From the NCBI GenBank assembly GCA_019058295.1, contig JAHPZI010000002.1, positions 1-64,000 on the forward strand: DNA of 64,000 bases, written 5' to 3'. The DNA is from Promethearchaeota archaeon. Its GTDB lineage: Archaea > Asgardarchaeota > Lokiarchaeia > Sigyniarchaeales > SOKP01. Positions 1-10,116 of this stretch are shown here, one piece after another. Within the stretch, counting starts at the first letter, position 1. Each line of letters opens with the position of its first letter. Both the position numbers and the translations under genes were made by a program. The notes under the pieces are model-generated. The model had not been told where the DNA came from. It did no database searches and was given only the letters and a program-made list of their open reading frames with translations.

Positions 1-753
1 TTTCAAAAAACCGATCAATTGAAAATTCAAGCAGTAATAAACATTGCTAAAGAAATCATAGAACAAAATAAGATAGTAAAGATGGAAAAGTTATTTAATA
101 CTTCAAAAAGTAGATTAGGCATTCATAGTCAAAAATTGAATTATATTCTTAAATATTTATTTGATAACAAAATCTTAATTGAAGACTCCAAAATCATTAA
201 ATCAGAAGCCCTTTCAAATGAAAACAGAGCGGCAATATTTAACTTTATAAAAAAATATCCAGGAGTAAATTTTTCAGCTTTAAAGAATAATGTTCTTCCT
301 GAATCCAACCTTGGAACTGGTCAAATTATCTGGCATCTTGAAATTTTGATGAACTTTAGATATATAAATAAAATGACTTTTAAGAAATATACACTGTATT
401 TACCTTATGAAATGGCACCAAAACAGGCTTTATTCTATTTCTTATTAAGGGATAGAATAAACAGAAAAATAATTAAGATCTTAAATCATAAAGGATCAAT
501 GAAACAGGCAGATATCCCTAAAGTTATTAATGAATCAAAAGGAAACGTATATTATCATATAAAAATATTAAATAAAGAGAAACTGTTAATTTCAGAAAAA
601 ATTTCGGGAAACTTAGTGGCGAGATTAAATGCTGTCAATAAGGATTTATTAATCGAAATAATTGAAGATGTTGAAAACAAATTAATAAATCTGAAAATGA
701 AATATATTAGCTCAATTTCAGACTCTATGGAAAAAATAATAAAAATTCAATAA
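1..753 (+). CDS. Winged helix-turn-helix (double wHTH, ArsR/MarR-like) regulator; probably 5'-truncated by the window edge
   Basis: Frame is open from base 1; NENRAAIFNFIKKYPGVNFSALK...GQIIWHLEIL and a second HTH ESKGNVYYHIKIL are typical of archaeal double-wHTH proteins. Confidence 0.65.
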   Translation, partial: FQKTDQLKIQAVINIAKEIIEQNKIVKMEKLFNTSKSRLGIHSQKLNYILKYLFDNKILIEDSKIIKSEALSNENRAAIFNFIKKYPGVNFSALKNNVLPESNLGTGQIIWHLEILMNFRYINKMTFKKYTLYLPYEMAPKQALFYFLLRDRINRKIIKILNHKGSMKQADIPKVINESKGNVYYHIKILNKEKLLISEKISGNLVARLNAVNKDLLIEIIEDVENKLINLKMKYISSISDSMEKIIKIQ

Positions 754-822
754 CTAATAAGGGATTTATATCAAATAAAAATCCTACTTTTTTTTTACAT
801 TTTTTTTACTTTTTTAAGGTTA

Positions 823-2109
823 TTAACCCCATTTTTCAACAGCTTTAGCTAATTCAGAATGATTTTTTGCATAATTTTTTAATTCCCGTCCATTTAACAC
901 TGCATCAACAGCTTGACGAATTGCTTTTGCTCCAGCTTCAGTTCCATCTGGATGACCATGACAGCCTCCGCCGAATTGGAATACTAAATCTGTTCCTAAT
1001 AATTCTATAAGTTCTGGAACATGTAATGGACTTAGGCCCCCTGAAGCAACAGGTAAAATAGGCTTAATATTTCCCCAATCTTGATCTAGTAAAGTAATAT
1101 CATTTCCCCTCACTTTTGATTCAGTCAAAATTTTATTAATCTCTCGAACTTCTTGCTTTTGACCTTCCATTTTTCCTACTATAGTACCAGTATGTAGTTG
1201 ATCCATCCCTATTAATCTCATAATTTTTGCCAATGCCAGCATTGTCATTCCATGCTTCTTATTTCGTGTAAAGGCAGCATGCATTGCTCTATGGGCATGA
1301 ATTACAACATTTTTTTTATCAAGGAAATCTTTAATTTCTTGCAAAGCAGAAAATCCGATTGTTATAATGTCAACCATGACATATTCCCCTCCATTTTCAA
1401 TAACATGATCAGCTCTTTCTTTCATTATACTGAGTTTTGCTGTTATATTTGGCATATAAATCTTTTTTTCTCCAGTTTCATTTTCAATAGTATCTCGAAC
1501 TTTCAAAGTTTCGGTAATTCTTTTCTCGAATTTATTAAAAGACATACTGGTTAGATTCTCATCGTCTTTAACAATATCTAAACCTCCTTTCCAAGCTTGT
1601 CCACAAACTTTTGCATGTTCAATTTCGTTTAAACCGACTTTTGGTTTGACAATCGTTCCTAAAAGAGGCCGATTTTCAACCTTGATTAATTTTCTAATCC
1701 CTTCAATCCCAAATTTAGGACCTTTATATGCTTCTACAATATCTTTAGGAAAAGATATATCTAATAATCTCAAATTTTCTAAAACTCTCATACCATAGAT
1801 ATTTCCAGCAATAGCGCTTAATATTTGAGATATATTGCCTGCTTCGAAAAGTTCTTTAGTGTAAGCAATTTTAATTATCTGGTTCTCATTATCAATATGA
1901 AAAACAGAAGGTTTAAGTTTATTAGCAATTTCAGCAGACATCGTTGCAATGGTAGTCCAAGTTCCTATAGAACTTTCTTTAGCAATCTCCATGCTAGCAT
2001 GTTCTAAATCTTTACATTCTGGAGATTTCTCAACGTAATACATAGCAATAAGATCATTCTCGTTTGGTTTATAATCTAAATCTACATAATCCACCAATTT
2101 ATTCACCAT
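823..2109 (-). CDS. rbcL: Form III ribulose-1,5-bisphosphate carboxylase large subunit
   Basis: ESSIGTWT, GTIVKPKVGL, GLDIVKDDE carbamylation motif, HAHRAMHAA, GKMEG, SGGL, GGGCHGHPDG. Confidence 0.95.
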   Translation of the reverse strand: MVNKLVDYVDLDYKPNENDLIAMYYVEKSPECKDLEHASMEIAKESSIGTWTTIATMSAEIANKLKPSVFHIDNENQIIKIAYTKELFEAGNISQILSAIAGNIYGMRVLENLRLLDISFPKDIVEAYKGPKFGIEGIRKLIKVENRPLLGTIVKPKVGLNEIEHAKVCGQAWKGGLDIVKDDENLTSMSFNKFEKRITETLKVRDTIENETGEKKIYMPNITAKLSIMKERADHVIENGGEYVMVDIITIGFSALQEIKDFLDKKNVVIHAHRAMHAAFTRNKKHGMTMLALAKIMRLIGMDQLHTGTIVGKMEGQKQEVREINKILTESKVRGNDITLLDQDWGNIKPILPVASGGLSPLHVPELIELLGTDLVFQFGGGCHGHPDGTEAGAKAIRQAVDAVLNGRELKNYAKNHSELAKAVEKWG

Positions 2110-2197
2110 TAAATGCTTTTTACTTCACTATAAAAGAAACATATGTTTCCATAAAAATTTTATAATATTATAAATTATCTAAAAGAGTGATTATAAA

Positions 2198-2506
2198 GTG
2201 AGTGAAGAAACTAAACAAATCTTTATAAATGTTAAAGATTTAAGCTTTAGAAGCGACCATTTTGTTGTTGATTTAATTAGATACCTCTCAGAAGCATTGC
2301 CACAGATTAAAATAATTCGAGATGTCAATGAGATTGAAATAGAGGCTCCATTAAACCTTTCGAAAAGAATTATTAGATTAAGAATAAGGAAATATCTATA
2401 TAAAAAAAAATTAGATGGCGATTATAGGCCAATATCGTATATTGATCCTGAAAAAGATGGCTATATTGTAAAAGAGAAAAAATTAGCTGAGATTACTTAT
2501 TATTAA
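2198..2506 (+). CDS. rpl22e: Ribosomal protein eL22 (L22e)-like
   Basis: LSKRIIRLRIRKYLYKKKLDGDYR resembles the eukaryotic L22e FSKRYLKYLTKKYLKK..L.D..R motif; about 100 aa. Confidence 0.7.
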   Translation: MSEETKQIFINVKDLSFRSDHFVVDLIRYLSEALPQIKIIRDVNEIEIEAPLNLSKRIIRLRIRKYLYKKKLDGDYRPISYIDPEKDGYIVKEKKLAEITYY

Positions 2507-2559
2507 TAAATCTGCTTTTCTTCATAAATATTAATTTTATTAAAAAACTATATTAAAAC

Positions 2560-3531
2560 GTGCCATTAGAAGAAAAAAACGAGTTATCAATTAATTCGCT
2601 AGATGATTTGATGAGATGTATTAATCTAGCAAGTTTATTAGAAATATCTGGTTGGCCTAAACCAGGTAATATACACCGCACACAAGATTTTAAAGATACC
2701 CGATTTGAACATTTTTTAGCTGGAATTTCTGCAATTCAACCTAATTTTAAAGAATTCTGTGGTAAAGTTTACAAGAATTCTAATAATCTGGAACAAGAGT
2801 TTAGTTTTGTAAAATTAGGGAATTTCTTTAAAGCAGCTGCCAAAGAAATGATAAAATGGCAAAAAGGAGGAAATGTTCTATTAGGGCATATCTTAATTTT
2901 AGCTCCTTTAGTAGCTGCTGCCGCCATTTGTTTAAAATTTAAGGTTCTTAAGTTTAAAAATTTTGCTCATGTAATTAAAAAAGTGATTAACGACTCAACT
3001 ATACAAGATACAGTTAATTTATATGAAGCCATTAGAATATGTAAACCTGGCGGTCTCGGAAGAAGAGATAAGTATGATGTTTACGACGAGAATTCAATAA
3101 AAAATATTAAAAATGATAATATTAATCTTAAGAAAATATTTGAGATTTCAAAAAATTATGATTTAATAAGCCTTGAATATTCTACATGTTTTAATATCAT
3201 TTTAAATGAAGGATTTCCCTACTATTTAGAAGTTTTTACACAAACTGAAAATGTTAATATCGCAACGGTTAACACTTTTCTGAAAATTCTATCTGAACAT
3301 CCCGATACGTTAATTATTAGAAAATCAGGTTTAGAGGCTTCTCTATTTGTTTCAAATAAAGCATCAGAAATTCTAAAAGAAGGAGGTATTTCTTCCAATA
3401 AAGGTTTAAATTTAATTAAAGAATTAGACAATACTCTACAAGACAAGCAAGGTAAAATGAATCCAGGAACAACTGCTGATATCTTAGCTGGTATTATTTT
3501 TGTCTCCTTAATATTCGGATTGAGATTTTAA
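2560..3531 (+). CDS. Triphosphoribosyl-dephospho-CoA synthase (CitG family)
   Basis: LLEISGWPKPGNIHR, HPDTLIIRKSG, NPGTTADI motifs. Confidence 0.85.
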   Translation: MPLEEKNELSINSLDDLMRCINLASLLEISGWPKPGNIHRTQDFKDTRFEHFLAGISAIQPNFKEFCGKVYKNSNNLEQEFSFVKLGNFFKAAAKEMIKWQKGGNVLLGHILILAPLVAAAAICLKFKVLKFKNFAHVIKKVINDSTIQDTVNLYEAIRICKPGGLGRRDKYDVYDENSIKNIKNDNINLKKIFEISKNYDLISLEYSTCFNIILNEGFPYYLEVFTQTENVNIATVNTFLKILSEHPDTLIIRKSGLEASLFVSNKASEILKEGGISSNKGLNLIKELDNTLQDKQGKMNPGTTADILAGIIFVSLIFGLRF

Positions 3532-3593
3532 AAAAGTTTATAAAATTATTTTATTACTATAAGATAAGTGTTTAGTATTAAAGTTGAGTTAGA

Positions 3594-3944
3594 ATGGAAT
3601 TTTGCGACGAGTGCGGAAGTATGATGTTTCCATCAACAATAGATGGAGAAAAAATATTCAAGTGTAAATGTGGAGCAATAAAACCATTTTCTGAAGAAAA
3701 ATCTGAATCATATAAACTCAAAACTAAAATTGAGCATTCCATAAGAAATGAAGTTGTTAATGTTGCCGATGTAATGAAGTGGAAAGAAGAAAACTTAAAA
3801 AGCGCTATAAAAGATTTTAAATGTCGAAAATGTGGATATAATAAAGCCCAACTAGAAACTAGGCAAACTAGAAGCGCAGACGAAGGTATGACTCATTTTC
3901 TTATTTGTTTGAAATGTGGATCAATGAAAAAAATTGGGAGTTAA
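3594..3944 (+). CDS. tfs: Transcription factor S (TFS, RpoM/TFIIS-like)
   Basis: N-terminal FCDECGSMM zinc ribbon and C-terminal CRKCG...QTRSADEGMTHFLICLKCG. Confidence 0.9.
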   Translation: MEFCDECGSMMFPSTIDGEKIFKCKCGAIKPFSEEKSESYKLKTKIEHSIRNEVVNVADVMKWKEENLKSAIKDFKCRKCGYNKAQLETRQTRSADEGMTHFLICLKCGSMKKIGS

Positions 3945-3958
3945 TTCATTCATTTATT

Positions 3959-4255
3959 CTAACTAAAGATCCTCTTAATAATTTCTTGTTCGTCAATATT
4001 TTTAGAGAAATTTATTATTATTGTTTTATGAGCTCTTTTTAACCCAGAAATTATTTTTATTTGGTTTGATAAGATTTTTAATTTTTTTCTTAATAAGTTT
4101 AATAACTCTATATTTGCTTTATTTTGAATTGGTTTTGAACGAAGTTTTATTTTGAGATAATCTCCATCATCAATAATTTCTTGTCTTTTAGAATTTGGCT
4201 TAATATATAAATGCAAAATAAAGGCATTAATTGATTTTCTCTCGATAAAATCCAT
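3959..4255 (-). CDS. DUF167/UPF0235 (YggU-like) protein
   Basis: LYIKPNSKRQEI...PIQNKANIELL...IKIISGLKRAHK pattern. Confidence 0.85.
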   Translation of the reverse strand: MDFIERKSINAFILHLYIKPNSKRQEIIDDGDYLKIKLRSKPIQNKANIELLNLLRKKLKILSNQIKIISGLKRAHKTIIINFSKNIDEQEIIKRIFS

Positions 4256-4293
4256 CTCTAAATATTAACGCCCGCTATTATTATTGTATAAAA

Positions 4294-5673
4294 CTATATA
4301 TAATTGCCAATATTATCTTTTAAATGTTTGAATGAAGGAATAGACAACCTAAGTCCTCCTGCTAACTTGTGCCCTCCGCCCATTCCACCTAAATCTTCTT
4401 TTATTCTATTTATGATTCTATTTACACCCTCTCCATTATTTTGTTCCAAATATTTTCTTGAACATCGAATACTTAATTTTATAGTGTTATTCTTCTTTTC
4501 TTCTCCCCCTAAAAATAAAATTTTATAGGGATCAAGAAGTTCATTAACTACACTAAAACTAGCTGTATCTGACCAATTACTTGCGGGGATTTTTTGCTCG
4601 GCATTAATAAAAATTGCTTCATTGGTTTCATATCGTGCTAAATTAACGAGTGTCTTTAAATTTTTAACTAAATTAATAAGATATTCGAAATATATCCCTT
4701 TTGCGTAGAAAGTGGTTGATTTTTTTTGAACAATCGAAAGAGCAGCATTAATCTTTTTAAAACATAATATGTTCAATAGAAGCGCATGTTCGAAAGCAAA
4801 ATTTAAAATTCCTTGTTTTTGAGGCAAAATAGCATAATGTCCATAGCTATTAAATTTTGCTTCTTCTTGAATTTTCTGTACTTCTGAATAGGTCAAATCT
4901 ATTACTTTTTTCTTTGGATTAATTTGCAATTTTTTCAAAAAAGAATTAATAATTTCGTCTTCTTCACCACCTAATCCCTTAACAAAAGGTAATATGCTAT
5001 ATTTTAAACCATTTTTAATAGTGTCATACATGCTTCCAAATAGGCATAAGCCTTCTATATCTTGAAAGATTTCTTCGTCCAATAATTCATCATAAATTTC
5101 TCGGTTAAATGATTCAAGTTTATCTGTTGATCTCAATGTATCCCCAGCTATCCCTATAATAGTTAACCATCCTTGCTTAATTGTCGGTTTTTGCTTAATT
5201 TTTTTAGCAAACATGTAAGCTAAAGTTGCACCAGCTACATGATCTAGACCATCATAGCCGTAAATGGTAGGATTTACAAAATGTAGATTTTCAGGAATTA
5301 TAACATCATTAATATTCACGTCGACTTCATGATGATCAAGTATAAAAAAATGTTCTTTTCTATTGGAGATAATTGGAATTAGTTCTGATAAATTAGAACC
5401 CACATCAGTAAATATTAGCGCGGTTCTGTTCGTTTGATTTTTTGATAAAATACCCTCTAAATAATTAGCCCATGAGACTGATCTATTATATATAAAATAG
5501 TCAAAATCAGAATTCATTCTATATAATAAATTTTGAATGATATGAAGGCTACATATTCCATCTGCGTCGTTATGAGAGATGGAAATATATTTATCAAACG
5601 AAAGATCAATAAACTGATCTACAGCGTCGTCAAGGGCTCCTATAAATTTATTTCGATCCGGTTTATTGACCAT
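4294..5673 (-). CDS. DHH family phosphoesterase (RecJ/GAN/Cdc45-like)
   Basis: SHNDADG, FTDVGS, ILDHH and a DHHA1 GGGHKLAGG motif. Confidence 0.85.
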   Translation of the reverse strand: MVNKPDRNKFIGALDDAVDQFIDLSFDKYISISHNDADGICSLHIIQNLLYRMNSDFDYFIYNRSVSWANYLEGILSKNQTNRTALIFTDVGSNLSELIPIISNRKEHFFILDHHEVDVNINDVIIPENLHFVNPTIYGYDGLDHVAGATLAYMFAKKIKQKPTIKQGWLTIIGIAGDTLRSTDKLESFNREIYDELLDEEIFQDIEGLCLFGSMYDTIKNGLKYSILPFVKGLGGEEDEIINSFLKKLQINPKKKVIDLTYSEVQKIQEEAKFNSYGHYAILPQKQGILNFAFEHALLLNILCFKKINAALSIVQKKSTTFYAKGIYFEYLINLVKNLKTLVNLARYETNEAIFINAEQKIPASNWSDTASFSVVNELLDPYKILFLGGEEKKNNTIKLSIRCSRKYLEQNNGEGVNRIINRIKEDLGGMGGGHKLAGGLRLSIPSFKHLKDNIGNYI

Positions 5674-5881
5674 TTTTACATCATTTTATTAATTCTTAAA
5701 AATTTACTAACTAAAATAGAATTAAAACAAATTTCAAAAACAATTTTATAAATATAAATATTCCTAGTTAATCTCACAATATAAGAATATTGATTTTAAG
5801 CGCAGAGACTAAATAATAAAGATTAAAAATTTTATTAAATAATAAGAATTAAATTCTCATTTCTAAATAAATAAAAGAATA

Positions 5882-7636
5882 ATGACAATTAATCGTAATA
5901 AGAAAAATAGACTTGCAAAAATTTTAGTATTAATTCTCATATTATCTAATTTAATTATTCCTTTAATATCCGTTGAGAGCAATAATCATAGTTATAACAA
6001 AAATCTTTCTGAAAGCTCCATTCCTATGCCAAAAACGCAAGCTTTCTCAAAAGATTTATATAATCCGATTATTGAGGAAGAAAAATATGGTCTTGGAGGC
6101 ATTAATATAACCTTCTTAGAATTAGAGGATATTGGACTAGGTTTTAATTCAACAGATGATGTTGAATATAGTAATTATAAGCAAGATTTGACTTCAAAGG
6201 CATTAAACATGAGTTTTAAACATATTAATTTCATTAAGACTTCAAGAATTGCAGAAGTTGATAACCTTAATGAAGATATAGAGGATTTCGAAAAAATTAC
6301 AGTAAAATTAAATGAAACGCTAAGTATTCAATATAACGATACAAATACGGATTACCTAATTTACGCTTCAAAATTAACCCCTTGCGTTATAGATCAGTTG
6401 CTAGTTGAAAATAATACAGAGAGTATTAAAAAAGTGAACGATGGTAATTATTCCCTTATTAAACCTCCTGAGACTAAGATTAACTTCCTAAAATTTAATT
6501 ATAAAAACTACTTCAAATTAAATACTCTAAATTTTACAATGCACATCATATGGCGTTATAATTTAACTATTGACACTTGGCAACTTACTCAAGATATTTC
6601 ACAAGAATTAATTATAACAGATGAAGATAATATAGTTTATCCAAGATTCAATTACAATTTTGATATAATTGGGTATAAATATAACCTAACTAACGATAAC
6701 TTTATAGAAATACCCGCTGATGATTTATTGATAAATTTGACTATAGATCTTCCGGATAAAAACTTGTTGAGTAGTCATAGATTAATTATAAATGGTATTA
6801 GAATTACTACCGATTTTTTACATCCTGATAAGTCTGTGTACACAAAAAATTTAATTAGAGCTAATGAAAGCTCCATAGCTATCGATTTTACCACAAGCTT
6901 TACGTTGGATTTTGAGGATCCCGTTGACTATACATGGGGTATTGATAGATTGGTTGAAGATAAAGATATAAGGGAAAGAATATATTTTCCAAGGATAATT
7001 TCTGGACCAGACCATATTTTTCTTAAACATATTAAGATTTTAGAAGAAACAGTCTCCTTTGACCAAGTTATAACAGCTACTTCGTTATTTAAAAGGATTG
7101 TATTGTATAAAGAGATAAATATTAGTGAAATAGAAGAAGATATTAGAAATAGCTTAATATTTCACGAATATGCCACTAAACGACAGGGCATAAAAATTAC
7201 GCTACCTTATATGATTAAGGGAGAGAGAAGTTGTCCTTTTATAATAAGGTATGAAACTACAAATGATCTGAGAATTATTATTACAGATAATATTAACATG
7301 CCATTATCTGATTTGGAGGTTGTACTTTATTATTATGATGAAAAATTTGGGACTTATATATCTAAAGATAAATCGCAACCTTTAGGCCCATCAATAACGG
7401 ATGAGAACGGAGAAATCTTAATTGAAGACGTTCCTAACGGCAATTATACTGCTAAAATTTATCAAAGAAATAGCGATGATTTGATAAAAAAGGCAGAAGT
7501 AAGCGCTTATTTGGATATTAATTATATAGTTACGCCGATTATTCACTTTCCTCTGTTAATTTTAATATTTGGAGGGATAGGAGGAATTTTTTTCATCCTA
7601 GGTTTAATTTTTTATTTAAAGCGTGAAGATAAATGA
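5882..7636 (+). CDS. Secreted, C-terminally membrane-anchored hypothetical protein with a beta-sandwich (carboxypeptidase-regulatory-like) domain
   Basis: N-terminal hydrophobic signal, TDENGEILIEDVPNGNYT motif, C-terminal TM helix plus basic tail. Confidence 0.6.
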   Translation: MTINRNKKNRLAKILVLILILSNLIIPLISVESNNHSYNKNLSESSIPMPKTQAFSKDLYNPIIEEEKYGLGGINITFLELEDIGLGFNSTDDVEYSNYKQDLTSKALNMSFKHINFIKTSRIAEVDNLNEDIEDFEKITVKLNETLSIQYNDTNTDYLIYASKLTPCVIDQLLVENNTESIKKVNDGNYSLIKPPETKINFLKFNYKNYFKLNTLNFTMHIIWRYNLTIDTWQLTQDISQELIITDEDNIVYPRFNYNFDIIGYKYNLTNDNFIEIPADDLLINLTIDLPDKNLLSSHRLIINGIRITTDFLHPDKSVYTKNLIRANESSIAIDFTTSFTLDFEDPVDYTWGIDRLVEDKDIRERIYFPRIISGPDHIFLKHIKILEETVSFDQVITATSLFKRIVLYKEINISEIEEDIRNSLIFHEYATKRQGIKITLPYMIKGERSCPFIIRYETTNDLRIIITDNINMPLSDLEVVLYYYDEKFGTYISKDKSQPLGPSITDENGEILIEDVPNGNYTAKIYQRNSDDLIKKAEVSAYLDINYIVTPIIHFPLLILIFGGIGGIFFILGLIFYLKREDK

Positions 7637-7663
7637 TTCTTTATTCGAGGTGAAATTGAAATA

Positions 7664-7996
7664 ATTGTTATTTTCATTGATAATATAGACGATTTTGTTG
7701 ATTTATTGTCCATCAAACCTCGAATAATGAATGAAATTTTTTATGAATTTAAAGAAATGAAAACCGAAAATGATTTATCCAGCGAAATTAATATCGAAAT
7801 TATATTACATTTCCTTTCTAAAGTTGAAGAATTTATTGTTTTATATGAAACTAAAATTAATTTAAATAAATCAGGAACTTCAGATACAAGTCAAGAAGTA
7901 ATTAACGAGTTGAAGAGAATTTTTAATAAAGTAGATTCTTCGTTATCTTTAATAAAAGGAAAGATACGGGAAATATATCTTTCCTATTCATCTTAA
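7664..7996 (+). CDS. Hypothetical protein; start probably ATT (7664) or ATA (7661) rather than TTG 7706
   Basis: Frame is open back to 7637; GAGGTGA RBS-like motif at 7647-7653. Confidence 0.5.
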   Translation: MVIFIDNIDDFVDLLSIKPRIMNEIFYEFKEMKTENDLSSEINIEIILHFLSKVEEFIVLYETKINLNKSGTSDTSQEVINELKRIFNKVDSSLSLIKGKIREIYLSYSS

Positions 7997-8046
7997 TGTT
8001 TAAATTAATAAATCCGAATATAATTATTAAAAGAAAGATTTTGTTC

Positions 8047-9642
8047 CTATTTATTGTGATTTACATTAACTCCATATCCAATTAATCGATAACGGCGATT
8101 AATTATACGAGAAATAGCGTAAATAAAATTTTCCGCAGGACAAATCGGAGGATTTAATTTAATTATTACGGTATTCTTTAAAATTTTTGTAACTACTCCA
8201 CCTGTTTTTTCTGTACCAACAACTAGCAATAATTTTTCATTATGCTTGAGATCGTGCACTTTTATCATATTTTCAGAACCTATCACTCGATCCAAAAGAT
8301 TAACATTTAATTCCACTTCAGAAAGGATTTCGGGTAACTCTCCTGGTCGACCAACTAAATGACCAATTAAAGAATCTCCCTTAGTTAAAGATGGATCTAA
8401 TTTTGTTCCTAAACCTATAAGCCCCCCTGGTTTAGCTTCCTCTAATAAATTCTTACCTTGACTAATACTAATGACAGTTGATTTTATGGGCATATAATTA
8501 TCTTTAATATGAAGTCCAGGGCGAATTTCTATTTTATCACCAATTTTAATTTGTCCTTTTAATACAGAACCACCAATAACGCCACCTTTTAAATCATCAA
8601 TTTCACTTCCAGGTCGATTAATATCAAATGACCGAGCTATTAAAAACTGAAATTCCTCGTCTTTATTTAATTTGGGAGAAGGAATTACTTCTTCAAAAGC
8701 GCGGACAACTAAATCTATGTTTGAGTTAAATACAGATGAAGTTGGTATTATTGGTGCATTTTCAGCAACAGTTCCTTTAATAAAATCTTTAATTTGATTG
8801 TAGTTCTCTAAAGTTTGCTCTTTTGAAACGGCATCTATCTTGTTCTGTACAACAATGATGTTCTTAATCCCCGCAATGTTTAAAGCAGCTAAGTGTTCTC
8901 TTGTTTGAGGTTGTGGACATTGTTCATCCGCAGCAATTAATAGGCAAGCTCCGTCCATTAGAGAAGCTCCACTTAGCATGGTTGCCATTAGTATTTCATG
9001 TCCAGGTGCGTCCACAAAAGAGATATTACGCTTAAAAATTAATTTGCCTTTGCATTTTGAACAAGTGTATCGTGGTTGACCTTTTTTTCTTTCCAATTCA
9101 GCCATATATGCAGTTAAATATTTATCACATGTGGGACAGTAAAGAATTGTTGCGTTAGAGTAACCTAATTTTATAGATATACCACGCTCTTGTTCTTCAG
9201 AATGTCTATCTGTCCAATCTCCAGTCATAGATTTAACAAGCGTTGTTTTGCCGTGGTCTACATGACCAACTAAGCCAATATTGCATTCAGCTTGTTGTCT
9301 TAATTCTTTCTTTACATCCAATCCTTTTTCTTCTATTGCTTTTGCTTTTTCTTCTTTTACTTTAGCTTTTTTCGGGATGTCTTTCCTTTTTTTGACTTCC
9401 TGATCTTTAACTACTTTAGATGGAGGTGTAACCTTTTCTTTAGAAGATATTTTTTCATACATACTTCTAGCGTTATCTATATATTTTTTTCCTGTGGCTG
9501 CTCCAACACCTTTAATTTTTAATTTTAATAAATCTTCAAGTTTTACAGTAGCTAATTTTTGAACTGAATCAATCCCTGCTGCTTTTAATCTTTCAGCTGT
9601 TGCTTTTCCAATGCCACTTACATCTTCTAATTCATTTACCAT
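8047..9642 (-). CDS. eif2g: Translation initiation factor aIF2 gamma with an N-terminal helix-hairpin-helix extension
   Basis: QAECNIGLVGHVDHGKTT, RGISIKLGY, DAPGHE, PQPQTREH, QNKID, RSFDINRPG; first ~60 aa carry two HhH motifs (GIGKATAERL, GVGAATG). Confidence 0.95.
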   Translation of the reverse strand: MVNELEDVSGIGKATAERLKAAGIDSVQKLATVKLEDLLKLKIKGVGAATGKKYIDNARSMYEKISSKEKVTPPSKVVKDQEVKKRKDIPKKAKVKEEKAKAIEEKGLDVKKELRQQAECNIGLVGHVDHGKTTLVKSMTGDWTDRHSEEQERGISIKLGYSNATILYCPTCDKYLTAYMAELERKKGQPRYTCSKCKGKLIFKRNISFVDAPGHEILMATMLSGASLMDGACLLIAADEQCPQPQTREHLAALNIAGIKNIIVVQNKIDAVSKEQTLENYNQIKDFIKGTVAENAPIIPTSSVFNSNIDLVVRAFEEVIPSPKLNKDEEFQFLIARSFDINRPGSEIDDLKGGVIGGSVLKGQIKIGDKIEIRPGLHIKDNYMPIKSTVISISQGKNLLEEAKPGGLIGLGTKLDPSLTKGDSLIGHLVGRPGELPEILSEVELNVNLLDRVIGSENMIKVHDLKHNEKLLLVVGTEKTGGVVTKILKNTVIIKLNPPICPAENFIYAISRIINRRYRLIGYGVNVNHNK

Positions 9643-9776
9643 GATATCTAAAATCTAAAGTAATTTATTTATAGTATTATAAGTATTGTTCTAGTTTCCC
9701 TAATTAAAATTAAGAAAGTATTAATTATTAAATTAATCAATAATTACGGGGTTTATTCAATACTTTGGGTATCAAA

Positions 9777-10016
9777 CTATTGTATCGTTTTTATAGTTTT
9801 TATCTCTCGACCCGTTAATGATTTTTTTTTTTCCAGTTCTTTATATGAAACTCGAAGTTTACTGTCAAAATAAAATGTTGAAATTTTGTTACAAGATTCA
9901 TCTTTATGATGAATATAGACGGGAGCTGGATAAAGACTCTGATCAAAATCGTCCATCTCAATTTTAAATGAAATTTTTTTATTACAATGAGGACAGGAAT
10001 TAAATTTAAGAGGCAT
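9777..10016 (-). CDS. Small zinc-ribbon-like hypothetical protein
   Basis: CPHC...HHKDESC; layout resembles the N-terminal domain of the GTPase at 41026. Confidence 0.6.
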   Translation of the reverse strand: MPLKFNSCPHCNKKISFKIEMDDFDQSLYPAPVYIHHKDESCNKISTFYFDSKLRVSYKELEKKKSLTGREIKTIKTIQ

Positions 10017-10116
10017 ATAAAACCAGTTCTTTTATTTTATATAACAAATATATTCTTATTTTTAAAATCTTATTCGTTAAATAAATATATATCAAAAAAT
10101 TCTTTCATTATTTATA

